DNA from: Isurus oxyrinchus
Taxonomy: Eukaryota
Reading direction: 5' to 3'
DNA length: 64,000 nucleotides
Assembly (NCBI GenBank): GCA_026770705.1
Contig: JANJGN010000152.1
Coordinates: 558,001-622,000 of the forward strand
In this document: piece after piece, positions 1 through 10,292 of the stretch
Numbering within the stretch: position 1 is the first letter of the stretch
Layout of the letters: each line of letters starts with the position of its first letter
Made by a program: the position numbers and the translations under genes
The notes under the pieces: model-generated
Told to the model about the DNA's origin: nothing
Seen by the model: only the letters and a program-made list of their open reading frames with translations
The model's database searches: none

Positions 1-59
1 CTAGGCAGATGGCCGGTGGTATGCCAAGTGATGTGGTCCATGTTCCATCCTTTTCTTTG

Positions 60-385
60 AGACTTAGTAACCATTTGATACAAATAAGTAGCTTGCTTGG
101 CCATCATTTCACCAAGCGCTTAAGGATAAACCACAACGCTTTGTGTCTGAAGTCATATGTAGTTTAAACCAGGTAAGAACAGCAGATTTCTTTCCATTAA
201 GCAGAGTATAGTGCTGGGTAGTTCGAAACAATCGGCAGTAGTTTCATGATCACCATACTAAGAACAACATTTAACTCCTGGTGCTTGGATTCCACCAGCT
301 GCTGCGGTGGGATATGAACCAGAGTTAGCACACAGAGGATTGACAGGGCTGCTGGGTTACTTGTCTAATGACAGTACCACGAGGC
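60..385 (-). mobile_element. Degenerate shark tRNA-type SINE
   Basis: Reverse complement resembles the SINE copies at ~1125-1455, 47645-47895 and 51622-52010. Confidence 0.55.
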
Positions 386-451
386 CACCCCTCCCCATGC
401 AGATTATTTGCCTGGATACTTGGTAACACGTCGCGGTTTTCAATCACTTAC

Positions 452-796
452 CAGCTGTGACAGTCACCTTTGTCCCGGATCCGTCTACAGAACCATCTTT
501 CCAAACGGAACCACATCCATATTTATACTGAGCTTTGCAGTAATAGGTGGCCGTGTCTTCAACTCTCACATCCCGAATTTCCAGCGAAAAAATCTTTTCT
601 GCTTTATTTATTGACACAATAAATCTCCCCCCGCTGGATATCCGCTCGTGCTCAGTCCCGGTCTGGGTTTGTCTGAAGAATTGTCCGTCCTCTAAACGAT
701 GAGAATTACCTTTGAAAGCACAGGTGATGATGAGGGACTGACACTCCTTCCTGGTCACCGCTGCCGGTGTCTGTACCACTGACTGACTGAAAGAGC
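452..796 (-). CDS. Germline-joined (pre-rearranged) NAR-TCR V-D-J exon, IgNAR-like V domain
   Basis: Acceptor ttaatttccag| at 797, open frame SFSQSVVQTPAAVTRKECQSLIITC...VEDTATYYCKAQYKYGCGSVWKDGSVDGSGTKVTVTA, donor G|GTAAGT at 451. No RSS between YYC and the J motif GSGTxVTV. Close paralogue of the unrearranged V at 6311-6589. Confidence 0.92.
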
Positions 797-944
797 CTGG
801 AAATTAAACAAAAAGAGTTTAATTGGCCGTCAGAGCCGAACCAAATAACGGGGCTAAAACTCATGACAGTGTTTATAATTGGGATGGACTCGGGCAGCTT
901 TATCTTAATTCTACACAATATCGGTTTGTTTGATCGGTAGCCAC

Positions 945-987
945 GGGGTAAACAGGTACACAGGGTAAAAACAAATTAAATTCCCAT
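945..987 (-). pseudogene. Defective leader exon of the germline-joined NAR-TCR V
   Basis: ATG GGA ATT TAA: stop at codon 4 (976-978). Donor is GTGGCT versus GTGAGT in the paralogous 43-nt leader at 6739-6781. Confidence 0.88.
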
Positions 988-1041
988 CCTTCTGCTTCCT
1001 GGAGCTGATAGTTTGTATGACGGGGAGCAGGAGATTGCAGC

Positions 1042-1537
1042 AATAAAAACAGAAAATGCTGCAGAAATTCAGCAAGTCTGGCAGCGTCTGTGGAGATTGT
1101 AACAGCGTTAACATTTCCAATCGCTGTGGAGTGGTGTTGTTGCTAGGCTAGTAGTCCAAGGACGCAGGGTAATATCCTGTGGCCCCGCGTACGAGTTTAG
1201 CCACGGCAGATGGTGGAGTTTGAATTGAATAAAAATCTGGAATCAAAAGTCGAATAGGATGACCATACAACCATTGTCGATTGTTGTAAAACCCATCAGG
1301 TTCACTAACAGCTTTTAGGGAAGAAAATCTGCTAATCTTAGCTGGTCTGGCCTACATATGACTCCAGACCCATAGTAATGTTGTTGTCTCTGAAATACGC
1401 GGATAGCCAATAAATGCTGGCCTTGCCAGTAGTGCCCACATCCAAAGAATAAAATAAAAGGTGCTGCCAGAACTGCTGAGTTATTTCCAGCATTTATTGT
1501 TTTTATTTCAGGTTTCCACGGTGTTCTGCTTAAATGT
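1042..1537. mobile_element. Composite insertion (SINE flanked by inverted Penelope-associated terminal motifs) in the upstream region of the joined NAR-TCR V
   Basis: Absent from the paralogous region near 6820-6835. Flanked by aggagattgcagc (1029-1041) and aggagactacagc (1538-1550). Inverted 'aaaacagaaaatgctg...' ends. Confidence 0.75.
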
Positions 1538-2744
1538 AGGAGACTACAGCTCTGAACTGCTCAGGGAGACTGGAACTCAGAGCTGGACTGAAATATTTTA
1601 GACAGTACAGTTGATTTGCAGAGGACGATGTCCCGCAGATGATTGATTAGCTGCCCCATTCCCATCTCTCTGCTTGTGTGTTTTCTGAACAAGTGACAGG
1701 TTTAAAAACGGAACTAGCAGTTTCATATTGCTTCGTTGGGCCTGTAAGCCTGATGTGAAGTCCCCTCTCCCATTTGTCTGATGTACAGTGCCCAGTGTAA
1801 TGGGGCAAGGAAGGTGGATTTGTTTCCATTAGTGAAATCTGCAGCCCTCATTCTCCCACAGTAATGACCTGGCAGATCTGTCCATGTGTGTTTGGCAAAT
1901 GGTATTTTATGAGAATGGAGTGTGAAAGAATCCCTCTTTCCTCAATTTTATTCTAACTGTCATGAAAAAACAGAAAATGCTGGAAAGAACTCGGCAAGTC
2001 TGGCAGCATCTGTGAAGAGTCTGTATAACTCTTCTTCAGAGCTGCCTGTGCGGGAAATTATTAAACATCTCCCTGAACTGGCTGGTGGGTCTTCAGCTGA
2101 AAGTCTGTTCCAAGGGAAGGAGCCTTACACCCGCCATAGTCCAGGAACTGAGGATCAGATTACAATGTGAGACAGTCCAGAGACTTTGCCAATATTAAGG
2201 CGGAAGTACAGAAATACCACAAAGAATAAGCTCTCTACTTCATTGAAACAAATGCTTGCTGCAACCTTCCCCTATGACTTGCATTTAAAATGATGTTTCC
2301 AGAAAACAATGTTTGATTTCTAGGTCTGGTTTATTCAGAGTTTCCAGTTGTAGTGTTAGAACATGAAGCCACACTTAGAGGACAGTTGAAATGGGGGCAA
2401 ACACTGTGTTTGGGACTTGTTTAAAGTATCACACCCACTAACTTGGTGAAATCTGTTAGTTGTGTTTAAACTGTCCTGGATCTAACAATTCGTTCTGTTG
2501 AAGTGAACCTTGTGAACTGGCCGCAGTCAAATGCTCCTGGAAACTGACGGGTTCAAGGACATGGGGCTGCTCAGTAATCCAGGCAGGCATGAAAAGGGCA
2601 GAAAAGGGCCAAGAAACTACTTCAGGAGCAGAGGACCTCACACTATCTTGTTTGACTGTACATCACATAAACATGGCCGATCGTACGTCGCTCAAAAGTG
2701 GTCGATTGTTTAATCGACCTTTGAGTAGCTCCAGATGGGCTGCC

Positions 2745-3035
2745 GCTGATCCCTAATGTGCAATAAAAGACATAAGCATCATCTAATTCATCTAAAACTA
2801 AAATAAAAACCTGAAAAAGCCTTTCTGCTTCATCCACAAGTTTTGCACATTAAATATTGTCCAATTTCCTTCTGGTTTTGAAAGCTACTGGCGCGAAATG
2901 GTGCAGAACAGCGCATGACATAAGCATGTTTTGCCTCAGAGCTACCACAAATACAAATTGCATTTTAAAGCACATTTAGTACAATGAAAGGTCCCTTCAG
3001 CAGCTAGTGACAGTGATCTTCGTGAAGCATGAATC
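2745..3035 (-). pseudogene. Decayed TCR V, probably the supporting TCR-delta V of the upstream NAR-TCR cassette
   Basis: Acceptor ctctcag| at 3036. Remnant motifs SLSLAAEG...KCNLYLW*L* and VDEAERLFQVFILVLDELDDAYVFYCTLG. Stops and frameshifts, degenerate RSS. Lies 3' of the NAR-TCR J, where such a V is expected. Confidence 0.45.
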
Positions 3036-4029
3036 CTGAGAGGCGGATGTGGCCGATCACCCGAGTCACCGTCTGCAATGTGGGAACACGGATACATTTT
3101 GGCATCATAATTACCAACACTCAGATTGTAGCAGTCTCATTTTAAGAGACCACGATTCTTTAAATGGAAGGAGAAATATTATCTGAATGTATTTCAATCA
3201 GCATTTATTTGGAAAAAAAAACATAATTTCTTCTATCAATAGGTTTAATTTTTTTCCAATTCCACTTATTTTGATATATTTACATTTAGTTTCATTTTAT
3301 TTCTCCATTTCCTTTGTGCAGTTTGTGCTTCTTGCATGGGAACGTAGCAATCGTGAGAACTTGCCCCAAAGTCTCTCAGTTGTCTGTTGGGTTCAGTCTG
3401 TTCAGTTTCCGCAGTAGTTTTACTGTTACTCACTGGGAACTGCGTCTTCCCCCTCTCTGACAATTTATTTTTTTTTTTCCGCCCATTTACTGATTGACTG
3501 GTTGAAGTTTTCTCGAATTGTAATTTAACATAATATCTGCCAGAATAGGAATAATCCATTCCGCTCAAATGATTTATGCCTGTGTACTTACTGCGGACCA
3601 GCCCCCATCTGTCTGAAATCTAATTGACCATTTCCAGTCAGCTCCCTGAGTCAGTCTGTTCCGTTCTCCCTCCTGTATTTTCAAGTCTTCCCATAAATGT
3701 ATCAATACTACCTGCTCCAACCACTCCCTGCAGCAGCAAGTTCCACACTCTGACCTGCCTGTCTTTACACTTCTTCCTAATGTCATTATTTGTTCTGTTA
3801 GTGACTGTCTTATTCTAATGGCTCTAGGCTCACCCACAAATAAGCAGCTATTCCGCAAATACCCCAATGAACCCACTCGTTATTTAAACGATTTCCATGA
3901 ATTCTGCTTTTCTTTCCCTGTTCTCCAGAGACATGATGCCCGGTCTGTTCAACCTCTCCACAGAAATGTAGATTATTCCTGATTTCTTTTCTCAGAAGTG
4001 TAACAGATCAGAGCAGTTAATGTAACAAA

Positions 4030-4565
4030 CAGAAGCAGGAGCGGCCACGTCACTTTTCAAATCTTTTCCGACATTCAATAATAACCTGACTCATCTCCTA
4101 ACTCAGCATCACTTTGCAGCAATGTCCCCATATCCCTTGATTCTTTTAGCATCCCGAAATCTATTGAACGCTTCCTTTAAAGCATCCAACTACTGGGCAT
4201 TCACAGCTCTCTGAAGAAGAGAATGTCAGAGGTTCACAACAGTGGCTTCACTGAAGAAATTTCTCTTCTTCTCATTTCTCAGGATCAAGTCCTTATTCTG
4301 AAACTGTGACCCCTAGTTATAGGCTTCTCAGCCTGGGAAGACACCCACCGGGAATCTATCATGTCCTGAATATTAGATGTTCTAATGAAATGACATCTCA
4401 TTCATCTAAGCTCCAGCGAACATAGGCCCAGACAACTCAATCTCTTCTTATACGACAATCCCTTTATCTCAGGGATCAGTCTGATGAACCTTTGCTGCAC
4501 GCCCTCCAATGCATGTAGATCCTTCCTTAAGTAAGGAGACCAAAACTTTACAAAGCATTCCAGAC
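4030..4565 (-). mobile_element. CR1 LINE 3' fragment
   Basis: ORF remnant LECFVKFWSPYLRKDLHALEGVQQRFIRLIPEIKGLSY, typical of the CR1 ORF2 C-terminus. Confidence 0.85.
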
Positions 4566-5470
4566 TGGAGCCCATTTCAGTCCTTCCGTCCATTTAACTC
4601 ACTCACCCGCACTGGGCTCGGATTGTACTTTGACTGGGCCAGAGATCCACCAATCCTTCTCTCGCTTTCGATGAATTATTTATTGCTGCTTCTAAATGAA
4701 CATTCCCCCAATTTACAACTTACAATTGTTTCCTTATGTTCCTGTTCTCCTTTATAAGATTAATGCATCACCCTCTCTATCTCACTGCACTGTGTTGTTC
4801 CACACACAGTAATCAGGGATACAGATAAATTACAGCAATCACATCTCTCAAACATCTACATTCAATATAGAGAAGCGGCTGCAGTTCCAAACTTACACAT
4901 TTCAGTCTGAGGGCGGAAAAGTAGGAAAGTGTTTGGTTATGTGAAAGAAATGGCCGGGACAATGTCACTAATTTCATCACTGATTGTCCAATAATAAAAT
5001 TCTATCTGGGCCCACATCAGGATTTCTTATATCTGAAGGCCGTTGTTTCACTTTCCCGTTTTTCTCCCGGGTCAGGTATGGAACGAGCCGCTGCAGGTAC
5101 CCGAACTGGCCGCAGTTGTGCTGAGTTTATTCACCCGGTACCTCATTCCGCGGCTCGGACTGCAATCTGCTGCCCAGGAGAGAGCTCTGTGAACCCGCTC
5201 CCGGGCTCTAAGGGACAGACAGAGCTCCGTCGGTCACAGTTAGCACCGGGAGTGGAGTCCGGATTGTCGACAATCTGCGCTCATTAAAAGCGATTCAAAG
5301 TGTGAGAGTCCGTGATGTTGATATTGTCCCCGATGTGCCCGTTAAACCAATAATGGTCCAGATTCTGTCAACTCCCACATCCCACCCAAACTCCACTGAT
5401 ATCAATAATAAACTGATGGTGAACGTTACCCGGGACAGGCTATAACCCGGCGGGGTTTGGAACTACTTAC

Positions 5471-5523
5471 CGGCTGTGACAGTCACCACTGTCCCGGATC
5501 CATCCACATATTTAGTATACCAC
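5471..5523 (-). CDS. NAR-TCR J segment with 23-RSS
   Basis: Encodes WYTKYVDGSGTVVTVTA, donor G|GTAAGT at 5470. RSS heptamer cacagtt 5524-5530, 23-bp spacer, nonamer acaagaacc 5554-5562. Confidence 0.92.
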
Positions 5524-5905
5524 CACAGTTACACCGCTCTCAGTCTCCCCGGTACAAGAACCACCGACACCTCGACCTGGCGGTAAATCATCATCAGACA
5601 GTAGAAACCACCCAATTATTCAGCGGATTTAAATAAATAAACAATATTCCATGCTTCAAAGTCTCTCTCGGTTCAAACTGTTCTTTGTGAGGCGCTGAGC
5701 TCTGAATAAATGGTCCCGAAAGCGAGATGTTCGCTTCATATAAACCGAGAAAAATATCAAAGAACGATAACTGAATGGTGGAAATTACAATGAAATGGAA
5801 CCAGGTTCCAGCGATAATAACATCAACCCGACAATTCACTATCCGGGCCCGGAGAATTTATATTTAAATTATACAGAGGTGTTTGTTCAGGTCTCTCCCA
5901 CTGTG

Positions 5906-5922
5906 ACTCCCCCACCCATCTA
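5906..5922 (-). other. NAR-TCR D segment (TAGATGGGTGGGGGAGT) with 12/12 RSS
   Basis: ggtgtttgt(5878-5886)-12bp-cactgtg(5899-5905) on one side; cacagtg(5923-5929)-12bp-ataaaatcc(5942-5950) on the other. Confidence 0.9.
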
Positions 5923-6272
5923 CACAGTGTTACAAGTCAGCATAAAATCCCCCGGGCAGTTGGTACGATTTGGGGACATTAGTTAAACAGCGGGGACTGC
6001 GGTTCCCGGTTCCAGCTGCTAGACCAGGATCACATCTGCCGTTAGAGGTTTCTAACTGGGATCAGTCATTCCCATTTCCCATTCACTGACACCAATCCCA
6101 GGAAAGACATCACCATCCGCACACACTGGGCATTTATAAAACAAGATGTTAACAGCAATAATCCAATCTCATTATAAACTAGACTGTGGGGCAGACGGTG
6201 TGAGGCGGAACTGTGGGGCTTTAACTGCAGAACTCCGCTTTTTCATTTGTTTCTGTGATAATCTGCAGTGAG

Positions 6273-6310
6273 AGTTTTTGTATCGCGGGAAGCAGAGGCC
6301 AATCATTGTG
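6273..6310 (-). other. RSS of the NAR-TCR V (22-bp spacer)
   Basis: Minus strand CACAATG-22bp-ACAAAAACT immediately after YYCRAHYD. Confidence 0.9.
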
Positions 6311-6589
6311 CATCATAATGAGCTCTACAGTAATACGTGGCGGTGTCTTCAACTCTCACATCCCGAATTTCCAGCCAAAATGTCTTTTGTGCTTTATTCA
6401 CCGACACAGCAAATCTTCCCCTGCTGGAGATCCGCTCCCACTCTGTCCCGGTCTGGGTTTGTTTGAAGAAATATCCCGTTCGGAAATAACGCCCCGAAGC
6501 GCCGGAGAAAACACAGGTGATGGTGAGAGACTGACACTCCTTCCTGGTCACCGCTGCCGGGGTCTGTGTCACTGACTGACTGAAAGAGC
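6311..6589 (-). CDS. NAR-TCR V segment (IgNAR-like), unrearranged and apparently functional
   Basis: SFSQSVTQTPAAVTRKECQSLTITCVFSGASGRYFRTGYFFKQTQTGTEWERISSRGRFAVSVNKAQKTFWLEIRDVRVEDTATYYCRAHYD. IgNAR-type short FR2/CDR2, extra FR1 Cys, Phe in place of the canonical Trp, intact acceptor and RSS. Confidence 0.92.
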
Positions 6590-6738
6590 CTGGAAATTAA
6601 ACAGAGAGAGTTCAATGGACCATCGGAGCTGAACCAGAGAACGGGGTTAAAACCCCAGACAATTGTCTGTAGTTGGGATGGACTCGGGCAGCTTTATATT
6701 AAATCCACAAAATGTCGGTTTGTTTGATCGGTACTCAC

Positions 6739-6781
6739 GGGGTAAACAGACACAGAGGGTGAAAACAAGAAGGATTCCCAT
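6739..6781 (-). CDS. Leader exon of the NAR-TCR V (MGILLVFTLCVCLP)
   Basis: ATG at 6781, hydrophobic peptide, phase-1 donor GTGAGT. Confidence 0.9.
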
Positions 6782-6805
6782 CGTTCTGCTGCCTGGAGCT
6801 GAGGG

Positions 6806-6930
6806 TTTATATGACAGGGAGCTGTAGACTGCAGCCCTGGACTGCTCTGGGAGACCGGACCTCAGAGCTGGACTGAAATACTTTCGCGGGGCCGAGTTGA
6901 TTTCCACAGGGCAGTTCCGCTGAGGTCATT
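6806..6930 (-). promoter_or_regulatory. Putative NAR-TCR V promoter
   Basis: TATA-like ATATAAA (6806-6812) and CRE-like TGACCTCA near 6921-6928. The region is conserved with 1540-1630 of the paralogue. Function is inferred only. Confidence 0.35.
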
Positions 6931-9519
6931 GACGGGCCGCACGGTTCCCGAGTCGCTGGCTAAGTGTTGTGTGGATAAGAGACAGGTTTATGAAAGGAGG
7001 CTGCAATTTTCTGACTCTACATTTGGATTGTGATCCGGATGTGAAAGCCCCTCCCACAATTCTTTGGTGTACAGGGGTGGGGGAGGGGAGCTTTTCTTTC
7101 TGCCAGTTGTGTTGCCGCCTTCCTTTCCCCTCAGTAATGAACTGGGAGGTCGGTGCATGTGTTTGTATTGGGTGGTGTTTGTTAAAGATGGAATGTGGGC
7201 CCAGGACACCAGGAGAATTCCCCCGCCCCGCTCTTACTCCAATATTCCGGAGATTGTTTAACATCGCCCTGAACGGACTGGCGGAACCTCAGTTAGACGT
7301 CAGACCTGAAGTTTCAGACTCGGCATCTTTCCTGGTCTGGCAACTGGGGGCCAGGTTACACTATGAGGGAGTCCAGTGACATTGCCAATATCCTGGCAGA
7401 TGTACACAACATACGCAAATACTAAGCAGCTCGTTACCTTAATTGGCTAGGTGGCTAGTGTCAGCTTCGGAATAATGCCAATAGTACGGGATGTGGAAGC
7501 ATAGGAACATACGAACAGGAGAAGGCCATTCAGCCCGTCGAGCCTGCTCCGCCATTCAATACAATCATGGCTGATCGAACACTTCAAAGCCTTTTTAAGC
7601 AGTAGTAATTCAGGCATGTCCGAGCGTAATGCAAGCAGACATGGGTAATGTCGCAATAAATGAGATTGGGTCTCATGTACCTCAACAGAGACACAGACTA
7701 TGGTAATATAAAGAGTGACATTATCTGGTGTAATACTGGGACAGGATGTTCCCTAACACAAATGGAGATTACCTCTTGCAATAATAACTGAGATATGACA
7801 TAGCCAAAGATGCAATCTATTGCAAATAACTGAAAAAGGAACGAATGCAATATAAAGTGAGATGTGGTCTAGTGTAGTTCGATTGGGGCAGTGTTTAGTA
7901 TAATATAAACATAAGCATTAAAATGCTGTAGTCAGTAATATCAAAAGTAGGGCCTCGTCTACCATAAGCGGAGGCATATCGAATGCAGTAACAGCTAAGA
8001 CATCATCTAGTGTAACAGTGCAGTAATAAATGAGGCGACCTCTGGTTTAATATAAACAGAGGGATTTTACAGTGCACTAATAAATGAGTATTTCTTAATC
8101 CTTGAGTAACTGTGTACGACCAGGCACTGAGTTTATGCACTGAGGTGGCCGTCACTCAATTCACAGTAAAGGTGCTCAGATTCCTATACCACGAGTTTGT
8201 TTTATTTTAACTTGCTGTTTTTTTTTTTCCTGTTAGCTGTGTGCTAATGTTTGCCTTTGTTTTCCATTGTTTCCTTTAGCGTCATCCCCATTTTCCTGAT
8301 TAAAATCTCCAGGATTCTCCAATTTTTATGTTTCCTAGTGTCACTGAGGAGTCTACAAACTATGTGTGCGTCCGAGAACTTCAGTCAGTGTCAGTCTCTC
8401 TTGTCCATTTGTATTATACAGAGCAGTGATGATCCCTTTCCCGCAGTTCACTGCAGCAAGTGTCATATGGGAGAATAGCTATTATCAACTATTTACTTTC
8501 TCTGCCTTTATATTTATAAATACATTTCTGCTATCCTGTCCTCACCTCAGCATTATACATCTCTCTGTTAATATGTCTCTCTACCACTCAATGTAAACAA
8601 TCTCACCTTTATTTATGTCCCTCTGTTAGTGTTTCTCTGCATTATCACCATATTGAGTCTCATTTTTATCAAACTCCCTATGCATTGCCCATCGTTCTTC
8701 GTCTCAACGTTATATTCGGCATTGTGTAGGTGTCTGAAAGCATGCAGACAGACACAGGGCTAATCCGTAGACTAGGTACACATTCGCCTGTCACAGCTCA
8801 ATGTTTCAAATCTTTAACTGGTGACAGCAGACGGCACTGAAATTATTCACCATGGGGACCTCATTCGCTGATCTTCCAGGTAGGTCTCTCAAGCCTTTAA
8901 CCATTGAGGCCAGACAGACACTGAGCCGATATACGATGGTGATGGTGGAGGCGGCGGCGGAAGGATGGGGTTTCACTCACCGTCACCGGAACATTGTTCA
9001 GGTTTTAAACATTCGGTATAAAGTGTGGGGCCGATGCACTGTGGAGCAGGCGGCACTCCGTGCACAGGGACAATGTTCAGATCTTCCTTTCAATCACTGC
9101 CATCGCACGATTCAATAATTTTAACTCGCTGTCTCCTTTTCTGCTTCCTGCCTGGATTTTTTAACTCTAGTTATATAATTTCTGCTTTTATTTATGCTTC
9201 TCTCTCTCTCTCCCTCTTCCGTTTACAATCCACAGGATCCCCCGCTGCCAGGCGGTGAGAAATTCTCCGTCTATTTACTGAATTCGCTGGACTTTCTTTA
9301 TATGAGCAGCTGGGTTTAGGCGGCTGAAAGTAGTTGTGATGTGCGGGGAGTCCCCTGGGGGTTCGGGCGTTTGGGGTGTCCCGTGGGGGAAGTTGGAGTC
9401 TGAGAGGTGGGGGAGTCTCTGGGAGTTCGGGGTTGTGGAAGGAGACTCGTGGGCGTCAGTGTGGCTCTGTACAAAGTTACCCAGAAGCTAGAAGTGGTTT
9501 TAATTCTAACTTTTTCTGG

Positions 9520-9790
9520 GCAACTCTTGATGTCGGACAGTCGGAACCATTCGAGGTTTGCAATGTCAATTGTATTTTCTGTTTGTTCCCAGTACAGAGC
9601 AATTGCCCATGGGAAGTTTCCACTTCCCGGACAATTGCCGTGTAAATCTTGCCTGGGAACTCCGGGCAGAGTGTTCCCCGTCGCATCTTTGGTGTATCTT
9701 CCACTTACACGGCCTTGGAGCTCGGACGTCATAGCCCAACAAAATGTTACGGTTTTCTTGCTCTTTAAAGGAAGCTCCGCCTGAATCTGA
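9520..9790 (-). pseudogene. Possible highly decayed TCR V relic
   Basis: Fragments in shifting frames: ASFKEQENRNILLGYDV...KW...CPEF...GNKQKIQLTLQTSNGSD. No intact YYC or RSS. Confidence 0.25.
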
Positions 9791-9905
9791 CACCAAGGTT
9801 GAATATTTGCCCTTGTTTCCCGGTGTTCGAGCGCCCTCTGCTGAGCATTAACTGAGCCGCTCGTTCTGGCATTTTGACAGGGATCCGCCGTATCTCTGCC
9901 CTGGG

Positions 9906-10292
9906 GCTTGTGCACAGAAATACTCTGCTGCGTGGCAGTTAAGCCTCAGCTCCGTTATCTTGGTAGTTCTGTTAAGTGTAGAAGAGAATTGACCAACAAT
10001 GTCTGTCTTTTTGTTTTCATTCGCACCGATCAGATTGTTGGGGAGCTGTGGATGTTGCTCGGGCTGCTGACTATACCAGAACAAATGGTTATGGAGCAAA
10101 AAAAAAATAGCTGGAAAAACTCCGCAGGTCTGACAGCATCTGCGGAGAGGAAGACAGTTAACGTTTCGAGTCCGGATGACTCTTTGTATGGTTATGGAGA
10201 TATGTTTTCAAGTTGCAGATCACGTGGTATTACTGCCGTCTTCGGCATCATTTCAGCAACCGACCCGACCACTGTGTGTGGATGGCTCCATC
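9906..10292 (-). pseudogene. TCR alpha/delta V pseudogene interrupted by a 91-bp insertion
   Basis: ICNLKTYLHNHLFWYSQQPEQHPQ...GQFSSTLNRTTKITELRL...AAEYFCAQA. Frameshift in FR1 and degenerate heptamer CCCAGGG. Insertion 10097-10187 with 12-bp duplication atggttatggag. Confidence 0.75.

Noticed and set aside
452-6781. Interpretation as a true IgNAR cluster
   Set aside because: The single D, FR1 Cys, Phe for the conserved Trp, tandem cassettes without C exons and neighbouring TCR V pseudogenes all fit NAR-TCR better
8740-9110. Minus-strand HQLKI*NIEL*QANVY resembling V FR3, with a nearby CACAATG
   Set aside because: No Cys or Trp anchors, and no nonamer at 12 or 23 spacing
9195-9262. Polypyrimidine tract, cag, 19 nt, then gtgaga: a plus-strand mini-exon
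   Set aside because: No partner exons or recognisable product; the tract is a CT microsatellite
9316-9915. 199-aa minus-strand ORF
   Set aside because: No coherent domain; overlaps V relics and GC-rich sequence
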